This document shows positions 15,801 through 27,454 of a stretch of DNA of 64,000 nucleotides, piece by piece (within the stretch, counting starts at the first letter, position 1; each line of letters opens with the position of its first letter). The notes beneath the pieces are model-generated. The model saw nothing but the letters and a program-made list of their open reading frames with translations, made no database searches and had not been told where the DNA came from. Made by a program: the position numbers and the translations under genes. The stretch is from Antedon mediterranea (Eukaryota; Animalia; Echinodermata), in the NCBI RefSeq assembly GCF_964355755.1, contig NC_092678.1:11096352-11160351 (forward strand), given 5' to 3'.

Positions 15801-18800
15801 GGCCATTGTATTGAGTTGTACCATTGAATGGAACAAAATGATTAATTACTGGCCATTGTATTGAGTTGTACCATTGAATGGAACAAAATGATTAATTACT
15901 GGCCATTGTATTGAGTTGTACCATTGAATGGAACAAAATGATTAATTACTGGCCATTGTATTGAGTTGTACAATTTAATGGAACAAAATGGTTAATTACT
16001 GGCCATTGTATTGAGTTGTACCATTGAATGGAACAAAATGATTAATTACTGGCCATTGTATTGAATTGTACCATTGAATGGAACAAAGTGATTAATTATT
16101 GGCCCATGTATTGAGTTGTACCATTGAATGGAACAAAATGATTAATTACTGGCCATTGTATTGAGTTGTACCATTGAATGGAACAAAATGATTAATTATT
16201 AGCCATTGTATTGAGTTGTACCATTGAATGGAACAAAATGATTAATTACTTGCCATTATATTGAGTTGTACCATTGAATGGAACAAAATGATTAATTGCT
16301 GGCCATTGTATTGAGTTGTACCATTGAATGGAACAAAATGATTAATTACTGGCCATTGTATTGAGTTGTACCATTGAATGGAACAAAATGATTAATTGCT
16401 GGCCATTATATTGAGTTGTACCATTGAATGGAACAAAATGATTAATTGCTGGCCATTGTATTGAGTTGTACCATTGAATGGAACAAAATGATTAATTACT
16501 GGCCTTTTTATTGAGTTGTACCATTGAATGGAACAAAATGATTAATTACTGGCCAATTTATTGAATTGTACCATTGAATGGAACAAAGTGATTAATTATT
16601 GGCCATTGTATTGAGTTGTACCATTGAATGGAACAAAATGATTAATTACTGGCCTTTGTATTGAGTTGTACCATTGAATGGAACAAAATGATTAATTACT
16701 GGCCATTGTATTGAATTGTACCATTGAATGGAACAAAGTGATTAATTATTGGCCCATGTATTGAGTTGTACCATTGAATGGAACGAAATGATTAATTAAT
16801 GGCCATTGTATTGAGTTGTACTATTGAATGGAACAAAACGATTAATTACTAACCATTGTATTGAGTTGTACTATTGAATGGAACAAAATGATTAATTACT
16901 AATCATTGTATTGAGTTGTACCATTGAATGGAACAAAATGATTAATTACTGGCCATTGTATTGAGTTGTACCATTGAATGGAACAAAATGATTAATTACT
17001 GGCCATTGTATTGAATTGTACCATTGAATGGAACAAAATGATTAATTACTGGCCATTGTATTGAGTTGTATCATTGAATGGAACAAAATGATTAATTACT
17101 GGCCATTGTATTGAGTTTTACCATTGAATGGAACAAAATGATTAATTACTTACCATTGTATTGAGTTGTACCATTGAATGGAACAAAATGATTAATTATT
17201 GGCCATTGTATTGAGTTGTACTATTGAATGGAACAAAATGATTAATTACTGGCCATTGTATTGAGTTGTACTATTGAATGGAACAAAATGATTAATTACT
17301 GGCCATTGTATTGAGTTGTACCATTGAATGGAACAAATGATTATTTACTAACCATTGTATTTAGTTGTGCCATTGAATGGAACAAAATGATTAATTGCTG
17401 GCCATTGTATTGAGTTGTACCATTCAATGGAACAAAATGATTAATCATTGGCCATTGTATTGAGTTTTACCATTGAATGGAACAAAATGATTAATTACTG
17501 GCCATTGTATTGAGTTGTACTATTGAATGGAACAAAATGATTAATTGCTGGCCATTGTATTGAGTTGTACCATTAAATGGAACAAAATGATTAATTACTG
17601 GCCATTGTATTGAGTTGTACCATTGCATGGAACAAAATGATTAATTACTGGCCATTGTATTGAGTTGTACCATTGAATGGAACAAAATGATTAATTATTA
17701 GCCATTGTATTGAGTTGTACCATTGAATGGAACAAAATGATTAATTACTGGCCATTGTATTGAGTTGTACCATTGAATGGAACAAAATGATTAATTACTG
17801 GCCATTGTATTGAGTTGTACCATTCAATGGAACAAAATGATTAATTACTGGCCATTGTATTGAGTTGTACCATTGAATGGAACAAATGATTAATTACTGG
17901 CCATTGTATTGAGTTGTACCATTGAATGGAACAAAATGATTAATTACTGGCCATTGTATTGAGTTGTACCATTGAATGGAACAAAATGATTAATTACTTA
18001 CCATTGTATTGAGTTGTACTATTGAATGGAACAAAATGATTAATTGCCGGCCATTGTATTGAGTTGTACCATTGAATGGAACAAAATGATTAATTACTGG
18101 CCATTGTATTGAGTTGTACCATTGAATGGAACAAAATGATTAATTACTTACCATTGTATTGAGTTGTACCATTGAATGGAACAAAATGATTAATTATTGG
18201 CCATTGTATTGAGTTGTACCATTGAATGGAACAAAATGATTAATTACTGGCCATTGTATTGAGTGTACCATTGAATGGAACAAAATGATTAATTGCTGGC
18301 CATTGTATTGAGTTGTACCATTCAATGGAACAAAATGATTAATTACTGGCCATTGTATTGAGTTGTACCATTGAATGGAACAAAATGATTAATTACTGGC
18401 CATTGTATTGAGTTGTACCATTGAATGGAACAAAATGATTAATTACTGGCCATTGTATTGAGTTGTACAATTGAATTGAACAAAATGATTAATTACTAAC
18501 CATTGTATTGAATTGTACCATTGAATGGAACAAAATGATTAATTACTGGCCATTGTATTGAGTTGTACCATTTAATGGAACAAAATGGTTAATTACTGGC
18601 CATTGTATTGAGTTGTACCATTGAATGGAACAAAATGATTAATTACTGGCCATTGTATTGAGTTTTACCATTGAATGGAACAAAATGATTAATTACTGGC
18701 CATTGTATTGAGTTGTACCATTGAATGGAACAAAATGATTAATTACTGGCCATTGTATTGAGTTGTACCATTGAATGGAACAAAATGATTAATTATTAGC

Positions 18801-20548
18801 CATTGTATTGAGTTGTACCATTGAATGGAACAAAATGATTAATTACTTGCCATTATATTGAGTTGTACCATTGAATGGAACAAAATGATTAATTACTGGC
18901 CATTGTATTGAGTTGTACCATTGAATGGAACAAAATGATTAATTACTGGCCATTGTATTGAGTTGTACCATTTAATGGAACAAAATGGTTAATTACTGGC
19001 CATTGTATTGAGTTGTACCATTGAATGGAACAAAATGATTAATTGTTGGCCATTGTATTGAGTTGTACCATTGAATGGAACAAAATGATTAATTACTGGC
19101 CATTGTATTGAGTTGTACCATTGAATGGAACAAAATGATTAATTACTGGCCATTGTATTGAGTTGTACCATTGAATGGAACAAAATGATTAATTACTGGC
19201 CATTATATTTAGTTGTACCATTGAATGGAACAAAATGATTAATTATTAGCCATTGTATTGAGTTGTATCATCGAATGGAACAAAATGATTAGTTACTGGC
19301 CATTGTATTGAGTTGTACCATTGAATTGAACAAAATGATTAATTGCTGGCCATTGTATTGAGTTGTACCATTCAATGGAACAAAATGATTAATTAATGGC
19401 CATTGTATTGAGTTGTACCATTAAATGGAACAAATGATTATTTACTAACCATTGTATTTAGTTGTGCCATTGAATGGAACAAAATGATTAATTACTGGCC
19501 ATTGTATTGAGTTGTACTATTGAATGGAACAAAATGATTAATTGCTGGCCATTGTATTGAGTTGTACCATTAAATGGAACAAAATGATTAATTACTGGCC
19601 ATTATATTGAGTTGTACCATTGCATGGAACAAAATGATTAATTACTGGCCATTGTATTGAGTTGTACCATTGAATGGAACAAAATGATTAATTATTAGCC
19701 ATTGTATTGAGTTGTACCATTGAATGGAACAAAATGATTAATTACTGGCCATTGTATTGAGTTGTACCATTGAATGGAACAAAATGATTAATTGCTGGCC
19801 ATTGTATTGAGTTGTACCATTCAATGGAACAAAATGATTAATTACTGGCCATTGTATTGAGTTGTACCATTGAATGGAACAAATGATTAATTACTGGCCA
19901 TTGTATTGAGTTGTACCATTGAATGGAACAAAATGATTAATTGCCGGCCATTGTATTGAGTTGTACCATTGAATGGAACAAAATGAATAATTACTGGCCA
20001 TTGTATTGAGTTGTACCATTGAATGGAACAAAATGATTAATTACTTACCATTGTATTGAGTTGTACCATTGAATGGAACAAAATGATTGATTATTGGCCA
20101 TTGTATTGAGTTGTACCATTGAATGGAACAAAATGATGAATTGCTGGCCATTGTATTGAGTTGTACCATTGAATGGAACAAAATGATTAATTGCTGGCCA
20201 TTGTATTGAGTTGTACCATTGAATGGAACAAAATGATTAATTACTGGCCATTGTATTGAGTTGTACCATTGAATGGAACAAAATGTTTAATTGCTGGCCA
20301 TTGTATTGAGTTGTACCATTGAATGGAACAAAATGATTAATTACTTGCCATTGTATTGAGTTGTACCATTTAATTGAACAAAATGATTAATTACTGGCCA
20401 TTGTATTGAGTTGTACCATTGAATGGAACAAAATGATTAATTACTAACCATTGTATTGAGTTGTACCATTGAATGGAACAAAATGATTAATTATTGGCCA
20501 TTGTATTGAGTTGTACCATTGAATGGAACAAAATGATTAATTACTGGC
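12819..20548. repeat. 50-bp satellite array, middle block
   Basis: Same monomer, orientation and variant set as the left block. Confidence 0.99.
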
Positions 20549-21281
20549 TGTTTTGTCCCAGACATATTGACTTTGTAAAGTGTGCCCTCTAAAGTTGAAA
20601 CTGCCTCTTGTCTTCGAAGTTGAAGATGAAGCACACCGTGTTCGGATTTTCCGAAGAAAATTGATAAAAAATTAGTTTTTAAAGTTATTAATGACTAATG
20701 TTTGGATATTGGTGAGTTTAATATAAACTTGTGACTTGCTTGTATAAGTCTGAAGTATTACCTAAGCATTGTTAGGCTAGTGGATTGGAACTTTCACTCA
20801 TCACATGTGTATAATTGTTGTAGTGATGCGAGCGTGGTCGCTTGCATACATGTCCTGACTTGTACCTAATGAATATTCATGAGGCCGTCAGTCTTAGGAC
20901 GAAAGATTGTAATTTTATATAATTATCGATATCAGCCGTGATATTTATGTATAATATCTAGTTTATTTAGTTCTATTAAACTACCGTATAACCTGAGATT
21001 AAAGTAGCTAACGGATTTTAGATCATTAATATTTCAAGACTTATTTTTGGTGAACTTGTATTATTCGCAGTATTTATGACAATGTCTGAACTACATGTGA
21101 GTAGTTTTCTGATTTTGTCATTTGTGCGTTTACTTATAAGGTTACAGTTTGGTTGGTCGATACCATTCTCATTTGAGGTAATTTGCCTCACAGTTGTGTT
21201 TTGACTGTGTTGGATACCTATAGAAGTCAGGAGAGATCAACATTCACGGTATGCATAATATCACTACAGTGGTAAAATATA
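20549..21281 (+). repeat. BEL 5' LTR, part 1
   Basis: Begins TGTTTTGTCCCAGACATATTGAC; matches 44078-44273 plus 48208-48743. Confidence 0.95.
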
Positions 21282-21934
21282 TAGTCCATGGCCTGGAGGG
21301 GGGTTACCGTGCACCCGCCCCCCCCCCCCCCCCCACAGTTAAACTTCTTTGGTATCATTTTCTTCCCACGGACATATAGAGTGAAAAAATCGATGTTAAC
21401 AAGAAAAATATAGGGATGCATTGTATGTACTTGCGTCATTTGTAATGATCATCAGTGTTTTATCTTCAAATATTTTTTGGGGTTGGGGGTAACATTTATC
21501 CTAATAACCCAAGAATCCAACATCTAATTAGTATTATCTTAGTAACATTGTGTAGCATACATCTTTTAAAATCTTTTAAAATTTAAATAAAATTAATCGG
21601 AAGATTATTAAGGTCAGTAGAGGTCAAAAGGTCATTGACCTTTTGCAAAATGCAAATTTTTCCCAAAATATAGATAAATTTCAATATCGTTTCTACAATT
21701 TTCAATATTTTTTATCTTAATTGTGTTTTACTTGTGCTTACTGACATATTGAATAAGAAAATATATGTTAACAAGATAAAAATTGCAGTTCATTATATAC
21801 AAATTGTTATTTTTTTATTGTTAAAAATTGCAATAAAAATACATTTTTTGGGGTAGGGGGTAACAATAATAGTAATAACCCAAGAATCAAACATCTAATT
21901 AGTATGATCTTGGTGTCGTTGTGTACACAGCTGT

Positions 21935-24230
21935 ATGGAAAGCCAAACCCGCCAAAAATACATAATACATACCATCCACCAATAATTAATTCGTACAAAA
22001 TTCAAACCATCCAATATTATCTCATGCAGTTCAATGAAAACTTAAACCATTCACCTAGTATCTACACCATCCAATACAATGTGTGACCATCTACCACTAG
22101 CCCAAACGACAATACGCCGAACAAACTACCCATAACACAAACCATCTAAAGAATGTTGAGCCCAGGCAGCAATAATTGAATTAATCTAACGTTAATACAA
22201 GTATATATTAGCCAACTCATTTATCAACATTTCATGTAGTTCATGAACATTTCAAACAAAGCATCTTAATTATAGTTCATCGAATTCTAATTCTAATACA
22301 TTGCCTGTTTTATACACCGTTCGTCTGTTCAACAGTTTAAACAACTGTTTTGCACACGATACGCCCGTTCGTGAGTTCAAACCATGATATTTGAAGCATC
22401 GACTTTCCAAATGGCGATTTTTCGCACCGAACGCATTTTCTTGAGTTAAAGTGGTTGCATTTCAATCACTTACTTTCGATTGGCCAGTATTACACACCGT
22501 TCGCTTGTTCGTGTTCAAACCATGATATTTGAAGCATCGACTTTCCAAACGGCGATTTTTCGCACCGAACGTATTTTCTTGAGTTAAAGTGGTTGCATTT
22601 CAATCACCTACTTTCGATTGGCCAGTATTACACACCGTTCGCTTGTTCGTGATTTCATGTGATAACATTTCATTCGACAACTTTTCAAACGTTAGTTTTT
22701 GGCTCTGCTTACGTATATGTCAGTTGATATACTATTTTTTAATTTTCATACTTTCCATAGTCAGTTTTGTACATCATTCGCATTTACGCATGTAAAGTGT
22801 AGATATTCCACTCGACAAGTTTTAAACGGTAGTTGTTCGCACATTTATTGTTTTATTGTTAAATTGTAGGCCTAACTGTTGGCGCCGATTTAATATTGAG
22901 GGGCGGGGGGTGAATGTCAACTTTACGACTGTATGACACTTACTTAGGCCTAGGCCTACGTTACACACACAGGGAGATGTAAACTAATTTATAAATTTAT
23001 TTTACATCTCCCTGGTTACACACATTATCACAAACTTAAATAATGAAAAAAAAAAACAGAATGAAATAATATAATTTAGCTTGTGGGCCTGTTACAATTA
23101 ACATGTCCATTGTTCCTAAAATGTTCTCATCTTACGGTTGTGGTTGTGGTTGATTTAATATTACACACTACGGAAAAAACCCCCCTTTTTTGAGAGAGTG
23201 TAATTTCCGGACATGTAGAGGTACCATATTTAAAAATGTGTACTGTTCACATTCAGTACCGAACACCTCCCCCCCCCCCCCCAATATAAAATCGGCGCCA
23301 ACAGTTACAATTTAACAATAAAAAAAAACTACCGTTTTAAAACTTGTCGAGTGGAATATCTACACTTTACATGCGTAAATGCGAATGATGTACAAAACTG
23401 ATGTATGGAAAGTATGAAAATTAAAAAATAGTATATCAATTGATATATACGTAAGCGGAGCCAAAAGCTAACGTTTGAAAAGTTGTCGAATGAAATGTTA
23501 TCACATGAAATCACGAACAAGTGAACGGTGTGTAATACTGGCCAATCGAAAGTAGGTGATTGAAATGCAACCACTTTAACTCAAGAAAATACGTTCGGTG
23601 CGAAAAATCGCCGTTTGGAAAGTCGATGCTTCAAATATCATGGTTTGAAATCACGAACAAGCGAACGGTGTGTAATACTGGCCAATCAAAAGTAAGTGAT
23701 TGAAATGCAACCACTTTAACTCAAGAAAATACGTTCGGTGCGAAAAATCGCTGTTTGGAAAGTCGATGCTTCAAATATCATGGTTTGAACTCACGAACGG
23801 GCGTATCGTGTGCAAAACAGTTGTTTAAACTGTTGAACAGACGAACGGTGTATAAAACAGGCAATGTATTAGAATTAGAATTCGATGAACTATAATTAAG
23901 ATGCTTTGTTTGAAATGTTCATGAACAACATGAAATGTTGATAAATGAGTTGGCTAATATATACTTGTATTAACGTTAGATTAATTCAATTATTGCTGCC
24001 TGGGCTCAACATTCTTTATATGGTTTGTGTTATGGGTAGTTTGTTCGGCGTACTGTCGTTTGGGCTAGTGGTAGATGGTCACACATTGTATTGGATGGTG
24101 TAGATACTAGGTGAATGGTTTAAGTTTTCATTGAACTGCATGAGATAATATTGGATGGTTTGAATTTTGTACGAATTAATTATTGGTGGATGGTATGTAT
24201 TATGTATTTTTGGCGGGTTTGGCTTTCCAT
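21935..24230. mobile_element. Foldback / long-TIR non-autonomous element inserted in the Chapaev left end
   Basis: Inverted arms of about 1 kb (about 21935-22910 and 23270-24230) with an internal ~150-bp duplication. Flanked by ACAGCTGT on both sides (21927-21934 and 24231-24238). Exact ends are ambiguous because the target is palindromic. Confidence 0.85.
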
Positions 24231-25164
24231 ACAGCTGTTTCAACTAGTGTTAAGGTATCAGAAAAAGTCAAGCGCCCTCAGTGTTAGCAGACGAGGCTCC
24301 CCCGAGTCGCGCGGACATATAATTTTTGTTTACAAACCATTATTTCGCGAACGCCAAATTAAATTTCGCTATCGTCAGTTTTTATGTAGTAAAAACATTT
24401 TATACAAAACTAAACGATTAAAAAAAGTGTATGTTCAATTAAAAAATAAATATTTTATTGTTTCTTTACTATAAATTAATAAATAAACGAGGATATTGTC
24501 CATTTTACTGAAATACTCTCCCGCACATAAACCAGGAAGTTGAGATAAACTGTGTAATGAAATAGTAAACAATCGTAAGTAGAAAATATCATTGTATTCT
24601 TTACTTTATTTTTGGATATAATTCATTTTTTTAGAAAAAGAACGAACTAGAATATAGTCCATCATTATTATATAAACAAAATAATACTAGTTTTGTTAAT
24701 ATAGCCTGGTTCAGTTTTTAGTAAAACTCGCATATTTTGCAACTCTTTTATACATTGTTATTGTTATCGGCGAGAAAACGGTTTGGCGATAGGCTTAGAA
24801 AGTGCGTTGACGCGCGCGATGACCGTGACAGTAATGTGGGCCTAGAATGAAGCTAGGCCGAAACATAGAAAATTCGTAATAGTTAAACCTTTAATTACCT
24901 TAATCCTAAATGTAATCATTATAACTGTTACCAAATAATTAATGGCATGTGTTTATAATAATAATTATTGCTTTCCTGGTGCATTTTTAGGCTAGCTGGT
25001 GTGACTGAAGTGACAGTCACAGCCTAGGCTAGGCCTTAATAATATTAATACATTTTTACAGCATAATAATGGTTTAATATTTTGGCTATTAGCTCTCTTG
25101 TTTGGATTTGTTTGGACACAAAATTTGAAGTACTGTAGATTTAAAAATTGATTTATTTTTAAAG

Positions 25165-26371
25165 GAAAGTACAGTTGCATCTATTGTTTTTGTAATCAAG
25201 ATGACATCAGAACCAACAATGTTCCTCAAGCCTGTAGATATCTCAAGGCCTACAAGTCTTTTGTAGACCATGGCAGTGAAAAAAAGAAGCAAAACAATAT
25301 CGCACAGCGTTGTTAGGCCATACCTGGTAGACATTGAATTAAACAGGATAGGTAAATAATCATAACCACCTCTTTAGAAAGTTTAATACACACTCCAAAC
25401 AATGAAATGTGTGTTTGTACTTCATATTAAAGAACAATGTTAGTATAAAATAACTGTCGAAACAAACAATTGTTACAGTAATTTATAAATATACCTCTTT
25501 TCTTTATTAAATATTTCCTCAATCAACTATTTTTCCAGGTGTCAATATGTTATAATATTCAACATGCGACAGGATGCTGACATCTTGACTGGTAAATTCA
25601 AATGTTGTTTCAACTTTACATTGACATTACATAATAACTCAATTGGTCAAGTTGCTCTTTAAATATACATTGTCCCTTTGAGCATAGAATTTCAAAATTG
25701 TTTATCCTGTTTTTATGCATAATAAAGCAAACCTTTGGCTGGAACTTATTTTCCTATGAATTATCCATATCATTATCTGCTACAAGAAATAGTTGTTAAC
25801 ATTTTTTAAATATAATAATTTTGATGCTCATTTTTTATGCAGATTGACGTTTATTTGGTTGACCAATATTGTTTAATCTCAGGTGATCATCTAGCAGAAA
25901 GAGAAAATCAGAAGCTGCAGCACATCGACATGCTACAAAGTACAATGATTAAAATCCAGTCTTTAGAAGAGAATCTTGAGCATTTAAGAAATGAACTCTC
26001 AGTGTCACTTGTGACAAAACAGCATAGTAAGATTGCAGAGACTGGCCACAGACTAAATCTAAAAGAACAAGAGGTCAAAGACTTGGTCAGTCCTACATTA
26101 TACACCTTTCAAATTTTGTCTAAAACATGCAAATACTATAAAAATTAATGCCATATTTCTTTTACATATTTTATATAGTGAACTACTATGAACCAAGAGA
26201 TTTGAAACTGGACCTCTATGTACAAAAATGGACGAGGTATTTAGAAAAAATTAATTCCTCGACAGCAGTACCATGGAAAAAGTTTTGTGGGAAATCATGA
26301 AGTCACATCTGACGTTTATTTCACCTGAGATCCAGCATGAAGTAACTAAGTGGAGAAAAGTTGAGGAATAG
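25165..26371 (+). pseudogene. Chapaev transposase pseudogene (fragmented exons)
   Basis: Hand-translated exons: about 25165-25350 GKYSCIYC...HSVVRPYLVDI; 25539-25591; 25883-26085 ...KEQEVKDL; about 26180-26298 ETGPLCTKMDEV..IPRQQYHGKSFVGNH; then a deletion to MKSHLTFISPEIQ...stop. Collinear with the gene at 44304-46247; frameshifts present. Confidence 0.85.
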
Positions 26372-26530
26372 TTTGCTATTTCTCAGTTAATTGTTACAGT
26401 ATTGCATATTATTATGTACAGTATACTGTATGAATGGTAGTATTTTTTTGTGTTATTGCTAGAACAATGATTTTGTAAATATTTAACAAATGGTATATGA
26501 ATTGTAAATGAATTTAATTTTTTGGAAGCT

Positions 26531-27454
26531 ATTTTATTTTAATTTGGTTTATATATATTATTGATTGATAACGGAAATTGATGTTATTTAGTGATTTAGA
26601 TTGTGATTGCATATATAATACAATACAAATATGAAAGAAATATACATTTATAATTAAATATCTAATGTCACAGTACTCTATAGCTTCTTTCTATTAATAT
26701 ATTACAGATCTTTGACTAAGACATGCTAGGTAGGCTGCTAGTCTTTAACCTGCTGATGATGTAGCCTAGCCTATATATAATATAGGCCTAGCTAGGCTAG
26801 GCCTGTAACCTGGCCTACTCTGTACTCCTCTCTCCCAATATGAATGATTATTAAAAAAGCTTAGGCCTAGGCTAGGCCTAATTTTTAATTAGGACCAGGA
26901 ACAAGTAATTAATCAGCTTTATAACAGGTCAACTGTCACTCAGGCCCCCGAATAGACATGTTGACGTGTTAAATATAAACAGTTATTTTATTTTAATTTG
27001 GTTTATATATTAATAATTATTGATTGATAACGGAAATTGATGTTATTTACTGATTTAGATTGTGATTGCATATCAAAATAATAAATATACAATACAAATA
27101 TGAAAGAAATATGCATTTATGATTAAATATCTAATGTCACAGTACTCTATATCTTCTTTCTATTAATATATTACAGATCTTTGACTAAGACATGCTAGGT
27201 AGGCTGCTAGCCTTTAACCTGCTGATGATGTAGCCTAGCCTATTATGAAGGCCTAGCTAGGCTACTAGGCTAGGCCTGTAGCCTGGCCTACTCTGTACTC
27301 CTCTCCCAATATGAATGATTATTAAAAAAGCTTAGGCCTAGACTAGGCCTAATTTTTAATTAGGACCAGGAACAAGTAATTAATCAGCTTTATAACAGGT
27401 CAACTGTCACTCAGGCCCTCCGAATATACATGTTTACGTGTTAAAAATAAACAG
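26531..27454. repeat. ~460-bp tandem duplication in the Chapaev 3' region
   Basis: 26531-26982 is repeated at 26985-27454. Confidence 0.9.

Noticed and set aside
1-20548. Regular repeats as a CRISPR array
   Set aside because: Monomers are head-to-tail with no unique spacers, there are no cas genes, and the context is eukaryotic.
21319-23282. Poly-C runs as functional G-quadruplex elements
   Set aside because: Run lengths differ between partner TIR arms, which is consistent with slippage or sequencing error.
22589-23574. Paired MVAFQSPTF ORFs on opposite strands
   Set aside because: Mirror images produced by the TIR arms, with no recognisable motifs.
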